Under the pieces are notes generated by a model, which was not told where the DNA came from, searched no databases, and worked only from the letters and a program-made list of their open reading frames with translations. DNA of 64,000 bases from an uncultured Rikenellaceae bacterium (GTDB taxonomy: Bacteria; Bacteroidota; Bacteroidia; Bacteroidales; VadinHA17), in NCBI GenBank assembly GCA_964435015.1, contig CAYSXP010000015.1:6340-70339 (forward strand). Direction: 5' to 3'. This document shows, in pieces, positions 17,699 to 27,675 of the stretch (its first letter is position 1; each line of letters opens with the position of its first letter). The position numbers were made by a program, and so were the translations under genes.

Positions 17699-19138
17699 TC
17701 AGTTTTCGCTTATATACCGGTCGATGAGTTTTGTCAGGGTCTCCTTTGCGTCACCGAGCAGCATGATTACTTTTTTATTCTTATACAGGGGGTTGTCGAC
17801 CCCGGAATAGCCTGGCTTGTCGTCAAGATTGCAGACAAGCACCCGTTTGGCATTGTGTGCCAGCAGGATGGGCATGCCCGAGATAGGGGTGTTTTTAGTG
17901 GTCATGGCTGCAGGGTTAACCACGTCACATGCGCCTACAATAATTGCAAGGTCGGTTTTCTCAAATTCCGGATTTATGTCATCCATTTCAATCATCCTGT
18001 CATAGGACAGATCAGCCTCTGCAAGGAGCACATCCATGTGACCCGGCATTCTGCCGGCCACGGGATGGATGGCAAACTTAACTTCTTTTCCCGACTGTTC
18101 CAGCAGGGTGGTGAACCTTACGACATCGAACTGAGCCTGGGCAAATGCCATTCCGTACCCTGGAACCACAATTACATTTTTTGCATCCCTGCATACCCTG
18201 ATGGCTTCAGACAGAGGATCAGTCACAGCCTGAGGTTCCGCCGGCAATTCATCTTTAATGCCGGCCAGATCATCCGGGGCGTTTCCCTCACCAAAAAATT
18301 CAGGGATCGGATCGGCGGAATCCTTCACCCTGAATCCAATGAAAACCTTGAGCAGGTTTCTGTTCATTGCCTTGCACATCACATGGGTAAGGATCGAACC
18401 TGAGGCTGCCACGGTGGCCCCGCAGGCAATGAGCAGCCTGTTATGGATTATCACCCCGCAGAAGGCAGCAGCCAGGCCGGCTGTTGCATTCAGGAACGAG
18501 ATCAGGACAGGCATGTCTGCACCGCCGATACGTATTGAAAAAACCAGCCCCAGCAGAATTGATTCGACAACCATTACTGCAAGTAAGATGGTAAGGGGAG
18601 GTCCCTGCAGGTGTCCGGTGAAATAGCCGGTTAGGAATACAAGAATCAGTATTCCGATGGTAATGTGATTATGCATTGGCAATATGAGCGGCGGCTTTTT
18701 AATAATATTGGCAAGCTTTCCGCTTGCGATCATGCTTCCGCTGAAGGTAAGGGCGCCTATCGCGAGCCCGAGAAGTCCGGAGATCTTTTCGATATCAAAT
18801 CCGGGAAGAGTGTTCCTTGTAAGCTCGATAAAGGAAACCAGGAAAGCAGCTATTCCACCTGCCCCGTGCTGAAATGCCACCATTGCCGGGATCTGGATCA
18901 TATTCACCCTCATTGCGACTATCCAGCCTAAGGCCGAACCGATCAGCAGGGCAAGTATAACTATATGTGGCTGCATGATCCTGTGGCGGGCAATTATCAC
19001 AACAACTGCCAGTGCGAGGGCAAAGGCAGCACTGAAATTTCCCTGACGCGCCCCTTTTGGAGTTCTGAACCTTGTAAATCCGCCAAGGAATATGAGTATG
19101 ATTACCAGGTCAATAACTAAATCAAACCAGTTGTTCAT
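17699..19138 (-). CDS. pntB: NAD(P)+ transhydrogenase beta subunit
   Basis: PAMVAFQHGAGG, GGADMPVLISFLN, VIVVPGYGMA, IHPVAGRMPGHM, GACDVVNPAA and PGYSGVDNPL. Confidence 0.96.
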   Translation of the reverse strand: MNNWFDLVIDLVIILIFLGGFTRFRTPKGARQGNFSAAFALALAVVVIIARHRIMQPHIVILALLIGSALGWIVAMRVNMIQIPAMVAFQHGAGGIAAFLVSFIELTRNTLPGFDIEKISGLLGLAIGALTFSGSMIASGKLANIIKKPPLILPMHNHITIGILILVFLTGYFTGHLQGPPLTILLAVMVVESILLGLVFSIRIGGADMPVLISFLNATAGLAAAFCGVIIHNRLLIACGATVAASGSILTHVMCKAMNRNLLKVFIGFRVKDSADPIPEFFGEGNAPDDLAGIKDELPAEPQAVTDPLSEAIRVCRDAKNVIVVPGYGMAFAQAQFDVVRFTTLLEQSGKEVKFAIHPVAGRMPGHMDVLLAEADLSYDRMIEMDDINPEFEKTDLAIIVGACDVVNPAAMTTKNTPISGMPILLAHNAKRVLVCNLDDKPGYSGVDNPLYKNKKVIMLLGDAKETLTKLIDRYISEN

Positions 19139-19160
19139 CGGGTTAGGTATATACGGATTT

Positions 19161-19445
19161 TTACTCTTTTTTGTTTTTGAACAATTTCAGCATTCTCTCG
19201 GTAATGGTAAAACCTCCCACGACATTGAATGCTGCGAGGGCTATCGCAACGGCCCCGAAGACCGTATCCGTGATATCCGGAACAATGGCAAAAACCAGAA
19301 GGGCTCCCAGTATTGTTACTGCTGAAATGGCGTTTGTCATCGACATCAGGGGCGTATGCAGCAGAGGGGGGACTTTTGAGATAAGCAGGTATCCTATTAT
19401 TATGGACAGGATAAATACGGAAAGCATTATCAATAACTCACTCAT
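19161..19445 (-). CDS. pntA: NAD(P)+ transhydrogenase alpha subunit, part 2 (membrane)
   Basis: VPPLLHTPLMSMTNAISA and NVVGGFTITERML; start moved to ATG 19445 (MSELLIML). Confidence 0.93.
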   Translation of the reverse strand: MSELLIMLSVFILSIIIGYLLISKVPPLLHTPLMSMTNAISAVTILGALLVFAIVPDITDTVFGAVAIALAAFNVVGGFTITERMLKLFKNKKE

Positions 19446-19455
19446 GGCTGTTGCA

Positions 19456-20625
19456 TTAAATATTGTTTGTATCCCCCATTGCCTTAAGTGTACCCTGGTG
19501 CACGATCCTGCCATTGCGGGTAACCAGCGAGTTGCTGACGATTTCATCATCAAAGTCAGGAACAAAGCCGCCGTTTTTGAAAAGATTCTCTACGTAGTTG
19601 AACATATTGGTTGCATAAAGCCAGGTTGAATGAACGGCAACCCTTCCCGGAATATTCTGCAATCCGTCGATGATGACATTGTGCCTGACAACCTGTTTGC
19701 CGGGCTGGGTAACGGAACAGTTGCCTCCCTGGTCGATTGATACGTCAACTATCACGGAACCGGGTCTCATAGATGCAATCATATCCTCTGTGATCAGCAC
19801 CGGAGCCACTTCTCCGGGAACCAGAGCGCTCAGTATAACGGCATCGGCATCTTCAACAAGGGGTTTGAGAATTTCCCTCTCTTTTTCAATCCAGTCTGCA
19901 GGAAGGCTTTTGGCATATCCTCCTTCGCCTGTCGCCAGGTCGGCAGGAATATCAAATCCGCCTATCTTTGCGCCCAGGCTTATTGCTTCCTCCCTGGCTT
20001 TCAATCTTATGTCGACGGCTGTGATAATGCCTCCCAGCCTTTTTGCTGTGGCAATTGCCTGAAGGCCCACCACACCGGCACCTACAACAAGAAATCTGGA
20101 GGGTTTGATCGAACCTACTGCAGTACTGATCATCGGAACAAACTTCTGGAGCTGATTGGCAGCAAGGAGAACGGATTTATATCCGGTTACGGTGCTCATT
20201 GATGTCAAAGCATCCATCTTCTGGGCATTTGGTGTACGGGGAATGCCATCCATGGTAAATGAGGTTATTTTCTTGTCTTTCAATGCCCTTATCATCACGT
20301 GATTGGATGGGGTTGCCGGATGCAGGAAGGTGACAAGGATGCTTTCATTTTTCATCATGTCAACTTCATGCCTGCCGGCTTTTACATTGTAATTGGGTTC
20401 CTTGACTTTAAGGATAATATCCGCTTTCCCGTATAAAGCGGCCACATCAGCAATAATCTCTGCGCCGGCAGATCTGTAATCATCATCACTGTAAAAAATT
20501 CCGCCGCCGGCATCTGATTCGACAATTACTTTAAAACCCAGTTTAATGAGTTTCTCAGTTGTTTCCGGAGTTGCAGCAACTCTTTTTTCTTCTGCCATGA
20601 TCTCTTTGGGGATACCGATTATCAT
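19456..20625 (-). CDS. pntA: NAD(P)+ transhydrogenase alpha subunit, part 1 (soluble dI, NAD(H)-binding)
   Basis: IIGIPKEI..EKRVAATPE, DALTSMSTVTGY, VGAGVVGLQAIATAKRLG and VDVSIDQGGNC. Confidence 0.95.
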   Translation of the reverse strand: MIIGIPKEIMAEEKRVAATPETTEKLIKLGFKVIVESDAGGGIFYSDDDYRSAGAEIIADVAALYGKADIILKVKEPNYNVKAGRHEVDMMKNESILVTFLHPATPSNHVMIRALKDKKITSFTMDGIPRTPNAQKMDALTSMSTVTGYKSVLLAANQLQKFVPMISTAVGSIKPSRFLVVGAGVVGLQAIATAKRLGGIITAVDIRLKAREEAISLGAKIGGFDIPADLATGEGGYAKSLPADWIEKEREILKPLVEDADAVILSALVPGEVAPVLITEDMIASMRPGSVIVDVSIDQGGNCSVTQPGKQVVRHNVIIDGLQNIPGRVAVHSTWLYATNMFNYVENLFKNGGFVPDFDDEIVSNSLVTRNGRIVHQGTLKAMGDTNNI

Positions 20626-20829
20626 AATAAACCTCCCTTTTAATTAATTGAGTTATTTGAAGTTAGTTATCTAATAACAGATAAATAATTTCGACAATGT
20701 AACATAATTATTGATTATTTTACATGAGAAATGTTTCTTTTTGGAATTCAGACTTACATGAAGAGGACAGCCTGTTGCATTACATGGAAGTATTCGGCAG
20801 GTCCTGTTTTCCCGGGCTGTTACAGTTGG

Positions 20830-21609
20830 TTATTCTGCAAGGATGAATCTTGCAAGTGGCGCCATCCGGGCTTTATTCAGCGACAGGTATTTTCCGTCGG
20901 TTGACAGGTTGTCTGCCAGTTCCAGGACCTCTTTGAATTCGTCTTCAAGATTATCGGGGCAGGCCATCAGTGTTGAGAGACCCTGTCCGAACCTTACCTG
21001 AAGTTCATTTTTGATTTTATAGCTGTAGTTCAGAATGTTGCAATTAACTTTGGCAGAAACCCGCCCCTCCCTGGAATTGAAGATCATATAATAGTTTTCA
21101 GCTGTCCCCTCAACGGGCTTGCCGTAAATCTCCACTATCTGCCATTTCCTGTCTTCCACAAGCGGATTTCCGTTTTTCTTCATTATATAATGATTTTCGA
21201 GTTCACCCTTTACTATCCTGCCTTTCATATCAAGGTACCGGACCTGTCCTTCCTCCACCTTAAACCATGCGGATCTTTCATTTTTGGGGATCCCCAGCAG
21301 TTTGATCCTGCTTCCCTTCCATGTGAACTTACCCTGTACAGTGTCGGTGAAACTCTCTTCTCCCTTCATATAATTGTTCACCAGGACATAGGTGAAGTCG
21401 TCGTTCAGGGTCAGCTCTGTTTCAATCCTGTCGCAGTCAGCGCAGGGAAGAAACCCGGAATATGTTCCATGCCAGTCGGGGGATATTTGTGCAGTATGCC
21501 CGCCGGGAGCATTTGACTGCCTGTTCTTGTCAGTAAAGCTGCTGCATGAATAAGTCGTTAATGCCGTCATTATCAAAATGAGAATTGCCCTGGAATTTTT
21601 ATTCGCCAT
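20830..21609 (-). CDS. Lipoprotein with NlpE N-terminal domain and META (HslJ) domain
   Basis: Lipobox TYSC; GTYSGFLPCADCDRIETELTL (NlpE-N); VNCN...STLMACP (META). Promoter box TATATTTG at 21638-21631. Confidence 0.88.
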   Translation of the reverse strand: MANKNSRAILILIMTALTTYSCSSFTDKNRQSNAPGGHTAQISPDWHGTYSGFLPCADCDRIETELTLNDDFTYVLVNNYMKGEESFTDTVQGKFTWKGSRIKLLGIPKNERSAWFKVEEGQVRYLDMKGRIVKGELENHYIMKKNGNPLVEDRKWQIVEIYGKPVEGTAENYYMIFNSREGRVSAKVNCNILNYSYKIKNELQVRFGQGLSTLMACPDNLEDEFKEVLELADNLSTDGKYLSLNKARMAPLARFILAE

Positions 21610-21860
21610 TGATTTCTGTTTTTCTTACGGCAAATATAATGCATCAATCCTTTTGTGCCAATTCCCCACTGTATAATCAGGCTGAAATCGGTTGCGGTAA
21701 AAATTGTTGGCTCGCAAACATCATTCCCTGGCAGGGCAAATACATAAAATAGTAAGTTTACATCAGGAGATAACCCCGGTTCCATAAATAAAGGAAGGGA
21801 TCCATGTAACAATTGTCTTGTCGTGATCACAGTGAGGCAATAATTATTAATTTTACCAAA

Positions 21861-22655
21861 ATGCAGAACATATCTTCAGGTTCAGAGATCAGTTCCATAC
21901 TGAATTTCAGGGATGCAGGAGGACTGAAGATCCCGGGAGGCGGCATAATGAGAAAAGGGCTCATTTACAGGTCAGCCAATCCCGACAGGGTCAATGGAAA
22001 AGATATCGGAAGGCTTAGGGAACTCGGGATAAAAACAATTGTAGACCTGAGGGGGCCGGGAGAATCCTCAAAACGGAAAAATGGGACTCCGGGCATCAGG
22101 GTTGTCAACTTTCCCCTCGATTTTGCAGGTGTAACACGCCTTAAACTCAGGCCTCTGCTAACTCGCCGCTATGATCCCGAAGAAATAAACAGGGTAATAA
22201 GTGATCTTTATGTTGAGCTTGTTGATGCTGCAAGGCCGGTACTGGGCAAAATGGCAGAACTGATACTTGAACCGGGAAATGTTCCTTTGCTTATCCATTG
22301 CCAGGCGGGCAAGGACAGGACGGGTATCTTGAGCGCACTCCTCCAGATGATTGCCGGCGCCGACAGGAAAGAGATCATTCGGGATTATCTGGCATCAAAC
22401 GATTCATTGATACCGCACTTTGAAAGGCTCCTAAGGATCAGGAAATTCATTACGTTTGGATTATTTCCCTCCGAAGCAGTGCTCCATGCCGTAAAGCAGA
22501 AGCATGAGGATATCCTGACAGTTCTTGCCAGGGTCGAAAACCATTATGGCGGTATTGAGGAGTATCTTTCGGGCTCAGGTGTTGATGCCAGTCAACTCAA
22601 AAAACTCAGGGAGATTCTTACTGAGCAGCGGATTTCTGTTGACCGGGAATTTTGA
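21861..22655 (+). CDS. Cys-dependent tyrosine/lipid phosphatase (IphP/MptpB-like, Y_phosphatase3)
   Basis: NFRDAGG, IYRSA, IVDLR and P-loop HCQAGKDRTG; start moved to ATG 21861. Confidence 0.9.
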   Translation: MQNISSGSEISSILNFRDAGGLKIPGGGIMRKGLIYRSANPDRVNGKDIGRLRELGIKTIVDLRGPGESSKRKNGTPGIRVVNFPLDFAGVTRLKLRPLLTRRYDPEEINRVISDLYVELVDAARPVLGKMAELILEPGNVPLLIHCQAGKDRTGILSALLQMIAGADRKEIIRDYLASNDSLIPHFERLLRIRKFITFGLFPSEAVLHAVKQKHEDILTVLARVENHYGGIEEYLSGSGVDASQLKKLREILTEQRISVDREF

Positions 22656-22668
22656 AAACTCAAAAAAT

Positions 22669-23040
22669 ATGATTTCTTTTTTTGTGACAAGGAAAAACAG
22701 CTTTCGGAATGCATTTAACGGACTGGGTGCCATTATCCTGGGTCAGGTCAATTTCAGAATTCACCTGGCAATACTGGCTGTTGTTTTTATTGCAGGGCTG
22801 ATACTTAATATTTCCATAACGGATTGGACCGCCATAATTATCGTTGCAGGGCTGGTACTGGCAGCAGAATGCTTCAACACTGCACTGGAATACCTGGGAG
22901 ATGCATTTACGAAGGAAGATAACCCGTTTATCGGAAAGGCTAAAGATGTGGCGGCAGCAGGGGTGTTGCTGTCTTCTGTCACTGCAGCAGCCGTGGGTCT
23001 GATTGTTTTTGTTCCGGCATTGTTGAAATTTTTGAAATAG
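22669..23040 (+). CDS. dgkA: Prokaryotic diacylglycerol/undecaprenol kinase (small membrane DgkA family)
   Basis: SFRNAFNGL, NFRIH, ECFNTALEYLGD, IGKAKDVAAAGV and three TM helices; start moved to ATG 22669. Confidence 0.92.
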   Translation: MISFFVTRKNSFRNAFNGLGAIILGQVNFRIHLAILAVVFIAGLILNISITDWTAIIIVAGLVLAAECFNTALEYLGDAFTKEDNPFIGKAKDVAAAGVLLSSVTAAAVGLIVFVPALLKFLK

Positions 23041-23046
23041 CACAGG

Positions 23047-24168
23047 ATGGAAGATATATTAATAAAGGAAGTTGTTACGCGGAAAGATCTCCGTGATTTC
23101 ATATACCTGCCCGAAAAAATCCACCGGAACGAGCCGGACTGGCTTCCACCCTTATACATGGCTGAGTGGGATTTTTTCAGCAAAAAGAAAAACAAATCGT
23201 TCCGGTACTCCGATACCCTGCTGCTTCTTGCTTACAGGAGAGGCAGGCTTGCCGGCAGGATTATGGGCATTGTCAACAGGCGATACAATTCCATTTCCAA
23301 TGAACAGCATGGCCGATTCTGTTTCATGGAGTGCCATAACGACAGGGAAGTCTTTCATGCTCTTCTAAAAAGTATCGAAGACTGGGCAAGGCAAAAAGGG
23401 ATGAAAAAGATTGTGGGCCCCCTTGGATTTTCCGATAAGGATCCCCAGGGATTCCAGATTGAGGGATTTGAGTTCGCACAATTCATCACCAGTCCGAACA
23501 ACTCTCCCTATATGGTCAGCCTTATTGAGGGTGAGGGTTATGAAAAGAAGGTTGATCTTGTTGACTATCTTGGGAATATTCCAAATCAGTTCCCGCCGGT
23601 GTATGAAAGGCTCCTTGGCAGGAACGACAATACAGGTGAATACAGGATAATTGAGTTCCGCACCAGACGGGAATTAAAGCCGTTTATCAGGCCTGTCCTT
23701 GAAGTCATGAATGAAACGTTTGGCGAGATTTATGCATTTGTCCCGCTCGACGACGGTGAGAAATCGGAACTCGCTTCAAGGTATCTGCCCATTCTTGATC
23801 CGCGGTTTGTCAAAGTGGCTGAAAAGAACGGACACCTGGTTGGATTTGCCCTGGCGATTCCGGATGTGAGTCCGGCAATAAAAGCCAGCAGGGGCAGGCT
23901 GTTTCCATTTGGTTTTATTAAAATACTGAAGGAATCAAGGCGTACGGAAAAACTGCTGATGCTGCTTGGAGGGATAAAGAAAGAAAACAGGGGTAAAGGC
24001 ATTGATGTCCTTATGGGGGTAAAGATCCTGCAGGAAGCAATAGCAGGAAAAATGAAAACCATAGAGAGTCACCTTGTCCTTGAGGAAAACTCCAGGATGA
24101 GAAAAGAGTACGAAAGAATCGGCTGCATCGTGATCAAGAAGTTCAGGATCTTTCAGAAAGATCTGTAA
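23047..24168 (+). CDS. YghO-like GNAT acyltransferase, bacterial ceramide synthase (bCerS)-like
   Basis: DLRDFIYLP.KIH.NEPDWLPPL, GRLAGRI, GRFCFMEC, IEDWARQKG..KIVGPLGFSDKD, GYEKKVD and ESHLVLEEN. Confidence 0.72.
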   Translation: MEDILIKEVVTRKDLRDFIYLPEKIHRNEPDWLPPLYMAEWDFFSKKKNKSFRYSDTLLLLAYRRGRLAGRIMGIVNRRYNSISNEQHGRFCFMECHNDREVFHALLKSIEDWARQKGMKKIVGPLGFSDKDPQGFQIEGFEFAQFITSPNNSPYMVSLIEGEGYEKKVDLVDYLGNIPNQFPPVYERLLGRNDNTGEYRIIEFRTRRELKPFIRPVLEVMNETFGEIYAFVPLDDGEKSELASRYLPILDPRFVKVAEKNGHLVGFALAIPDVSPAIKASRGRLFPFGFIKILKESRRTEKLLMLLGGIKKENRGKGIDVLMGVKILQEAIAGKMKTIESHLVLEENSRMRKEYERIGCIVIKKFRIFQKDL

Positions 24169-24355
24169 GGTTCCCGTATCTTACCTGAAACTGCCGGAAT
24201 GCGTTTGGAATTTTAACTCAAAATCCTTTATTGATGAAACCCGCATGATTGACCAAAAACTCAGGCACGGCCGAATATAATAGCGTTCAATCATGTGTGG
24301 TTCCCTGCCCGGGGTGTCAGACAGGCGTCCGACCTTTATAAAAAACTATATACTT

Positions 24356-25777
24356 ATGAAACGACTCACAAGGAGAAAATTTGTGGAAAAGGCGATGATC
24401 ACCGGTGCCGGGGTGTCTGTACTGCCGGTGGTTGCATCTTCGGGAGAGAATAACCCTGACCACGCCGGTGATTCCCCGCCAATGAATGCCGGGCCCCGGG
24501 AAACTACAGGAAATATCGTCATTCAGCCGCCATCGGCAGCCAGGGATGCTGCTGAACACGATTTCGGCACCATGCGTCCATTGCGGATCAAAGCTCCTGT
24601 TGCCTTAACAGTTGGTCAGGATGAGGGGGATCTTCGGGGGAAGGATAATATTGTCCTTCAGGCTGCGGTCGATTATGTGGCAGGTCTGGGCGGAGGCACG
24701 GTACATATTCTGCCGGGTATCTATGAAATGCGGAATTCCCTGTTCCCCAGGGCAGGAGTGACAATAAGGGGATCGGGCGAAAAAACCATTCTGCGCAAAA
24801 CCCCCAGTGTCAGCAGCAAACTGGTTCGCGAGGCTGACTGGTATGAATATTGTGTTCAGGTGGAAGATCCGGAGGGATTCACGCGGGGGGGCGGGCTGGC
24901 TCTGAGTGCCGATAAAAAAAATGATCAGGAAGTAAGCCTTTTTACAATCACCGCAATAAAAGACAATATACTGTTTCTCGACCGGCGGACGGAAAAAAAC
25001 TTCTGGCCGGCGGATGATGCACGGGCTACCACGCGTTTCTCGATAATTCATGCTTTGAATGTTAATGATGTGAAAATTGAAGACATAATACTCGACGGCA
25101 ACCGTTCCGCGAATGAAAGGGTGAATGACAATTACGCCGCAGCAGTTTTCATTCAGTACTGCGACAACTGGAGCTTCAGGAACGTGACGGCCCGCAATTA
25201 CAACGGCGATGGCTTCAGCTTCCAGGTTTGCGATGATGCCTTTTTTGAAAACTGCCACTCACTGAACAATTTTGACCTTGGCTACCATCCGGGAAGCGGT
25301 TCCCAGCGTCCTGTCTTTAAAAACTGTACGGCACAGGGCAACAGCCAGGGTTTCTTCTGGTGCTGGGGCGTCTGCTACGGGATAGCCGAAAATTGCATAG
25401 CTTCGGGAAACATGAAATACGGGGTGAACTTCGGACACCGCGACACTGACAATATTCTCAGGAACTGCCTGGTTGAAAACAATGAAGAGATTGGAATCCT
25501 CTTCCGGAAGGAGGAAAATGAATTCCGGACAGGCGACCGCAATATAATTGAAAACTGCACGATCAGGGATAACGGGAAAGCCGGCCCCGGGACCGGAATC
25601 GATATCCAGTGGAAAACAAACGATATTACTGTCCGTGACTGTTTATTCGTGAACACACGGAACGGTCCTCAAAAGACCGCCATAAAAATAAGCGCTGATG
25701 CTCTTCGCATATCTGTCGAAAATAATAAGTTCTCAGGAGATGCCGTAAAAATTGAAGATCTGAGAAAGAAGAACTGA
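24356..25777 (+). CDS. Tat-exported right-handed parallel beta-helix protein (pectin-lyase-like fold)
   Basis: MKRLTRRKFVEK leader; LQAAVD...GGGTVHILPGIY; repeated N.GDG/N.GI rungs. Confidence 0.82.
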   Translation: MKRLTRRKFVEKAMITGAGVSVLPVVASSGENNPDHAGDSPPMNAGPRETTGNIVIQPPSAARDAAEHDFGTMRPLRIKAPVALTVGQDEGDLRGKDNIVLQAAVDYVAGLGGGTVHILPGIYEMRNSLFPRAGVTIRGSGEKTILRKTPSVSSKLVREADWYEYCVQVEDPEGFTRGGGLALSADKKNDQEVSLFTITAIKDNILFLDRRTEKNFWPADDARATTRFSIIHALNVNDVKIEDIILDGNRSANERVNDNYAAAVFIQYCDNWSFRNVTARNYNGDGFSFQVCDDAFFENCHSLNNFDLGYHPGSGSQRPVFKNCTAQGNSQGFFWCWGVCYGIAENCIASGNMKYGVNFGHRDTDNILRNCLVENNEEIGILFRKEENEFRTGDRNIIENCTIRDNGKAGPGTGIDIQWKTNDITVRDCLFVNTRNGPQKTAIKISADALRISVENNKFSGDAVKIEDLRKKN

Positions 25778-25786
25778 CCATTGTTC

Positions 25787-26683
25787 TTATTCATGATACT
25801 TAAACAACAATAAAGTCGGATTCCCGCTTCCGCCTTCGTTGGTTATTACCATATCACCGTTACCGTAAAAGGCAATGCCTTCAGCATTGTTGAAGATCTC
25901 CGGATTCAGCATCTCGATGTGTTCGATATTTCCGTTCATGTCGGAAATAAAAAGCAAATAATCTGAAGATGAAAGGATGAAAAGCTTTTTTGTCACGGGG
26001 TTAATGCCTATCGCCGAAGTCATGAAATCAATCCGCGGCTCCGGCTGCTTCCCTTTCTTTTTCCCCTTCACGGGCAGATTTAATTGATTTCTTATGGCAA
26101 AATTCCTGATTGCCTGAAGATCAAATATTAGAACCGGATCTGCCGATAATTTCTTTGTTTTAAGATCAAAAGCATAGATTTCTCTTTTGTCCTTATCCGC
26201 CGAACCCTTTGCTGTTCTGCCTTTTGGTGCTATCAGAAGCCGGTTGCCGTCAGGATCAAAGCAGAGCCCTTCATTGTCCTTTGACGGGATATTTGTGTAG
26301 AAAACATCATGATTGAAATTCACTGACTCATGGCCGGAGATTCCGAAAAGCGCCCCGTCGCTCCTGAGCACGTATATTTCACTGCCCGCACTGGCTATAC
26401 CTTCATAATCGCCGTTGATATGAAAGCGCAATTGTCTTTCTATCTTGTTTTTCTTTAGGTCATAAAAAAATACTGTTCCGTTCTCATCCTGGATGCAGGC
26501 AAATAAATCTGATTTCAGGTATGTTATACCCGATATTTCATGCAGTAATGCAGGAAGAATCAAAATGGCATCAGCTTTATTGAAATCATATCCCCTGGTG
26601 TATCCCACCGGTCGTTTCCCAGGGTCGGAGCCAGTGAGCATTAGAAATGCAAGTATCGATGCTGTTTGAAGAAAATTGATCAT
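25787..26683 (-). CDS. SdiA-regulated/YjiK-like beta-propeller protein, secreted
   Basis: LHEISGI, CIQDE.G, DYEGIA, DNEGLC and AEGIAF...ITNEG repeats. Confidence 0.82.
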   Translation of the reverse strand: MINFLQTASILAFLMLTGSDPGKRPVGYTRGYDFNKADAILILPALLHEISGITYLKSDLFACIQDENGTVFFYDLKKNKIERQLRFHINGDYEGIASAGSEIYVLRSDGALFGISGHESVNFNHDVFYTNIPSKDNEGLCFDPDGNRLLIAPKGRTAKGSADKDKREIYAFDLKTKKLSADPVLIFDLQAIRNFAIRNQLNLPVKGKKKGKQPEPRIDFMTSAIGINPVTKKLFILSSSDYLLFISDMNGNIEHIEMLNPEIFNNAEGIAFYGNGDMVITNEGGSGNPTLLLFKYHE

Positions 26684-26956
26684 TAACCTGCTGTATTTTG
26701 TATCTTTATGTAAAATATATTCCGCTCTGAAAGCGTTTAATAAGCAATTGTACGAAATATTTGTAATTATCTGGTTACAGTCAGAAAAAATACAGGGTCA
26801 GAGCAGTTAAAGGATACCTGATCCTGGTCATAATGTTATTGAACGGAGATTTGAATTGAAATCTGCAAAACTTTATTTCCCGGCTTCTTGCAGCAGAGAA
26901 ATGAATTGTGAAGGTATAAACCGGTTTAGGTAAATCACTCTTAATAATATCTGGCA

Positions 26957-27553
26957 ATGTCCGACAATTTCTTCAATCTGAACCATTCCGATTTTTTCGG
27001 TATTCTGATGAGGTTTGCAATCAACACCATTTTCCTCATCATCCTGATACGTGTTATCTACTTTCGTTATTCCAGGAAGGAGAAGTTCCTTTTTACCTTC
27101 TTCCTTATGGGAATAACGGTCTTTTTCATCACTTCAATGCTTAAATCGGTTTTCATCGAATTCGGAATGGCAATAGGTTTGTTTGCAATCTTTGCCATAC
27201 TGAGGTTCAGAACCAGGAATTTCAGCCTGAAAGACATGTCCTACATTTTCACCACAATAGGGATTTCGGTTATTAACTCATTGAAGTTGACGGGTTTTCC
27301 GGTGCTTGGAGTGATTATTTTCAATATAATCATTATGGTCTCGGCGGTTGTCCTCGAAGAATTCACTGTGAAGCACAATATTGTGAGCCATACCATCATT
27401 TATGAGGATCTGGAATTACTTAAATCGGCCAAAAAGCAAAAGATCATCAGGGAGCTGTCGGCTCTGACCGGGAAGGATCTTACATGCGTCAGGATCAGGA
27501 AAATCGACTATAAGGACAAAGTAGCCTATCTCGATATTTCATACAGGGATTAG
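26957..27553 (+). CDS. DUF4956 membrane protein
   Basis: GMAIGLFAIFAILRFRT, KDMSYIF..IGISVINSL and C-terminal EL..LTG motif. Confidence 0.88.
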   Translation: MSDNFFNLNHSDFFGILMRFAINTIFLIILIRVIYFRYSRKEKFLFTFFLMGITVFFITSMLKSVFIEFGMAIGLFAIFAILRFRTRNFSLKDMSYIFTTIGISVINSLKLTGFPVLGVIIFNIIIMVSAVVLEEFTVKHNIVSHTIIYEDLELLKSAKKQKIIRELSALTGKDLTCVRIRKIDYKDKVAYLDISYRD

Positions 27554-27675
27554 GATATCCTTTTACCGGATGGTACCGGTTGCAGATCATTTCAGGATTT
27601 AATGCAGCATGAACAAATTTGCTCAATGAAAAATCACTATATTTAATGGTGTTTTAATCTGAAAAATCCGAAATT

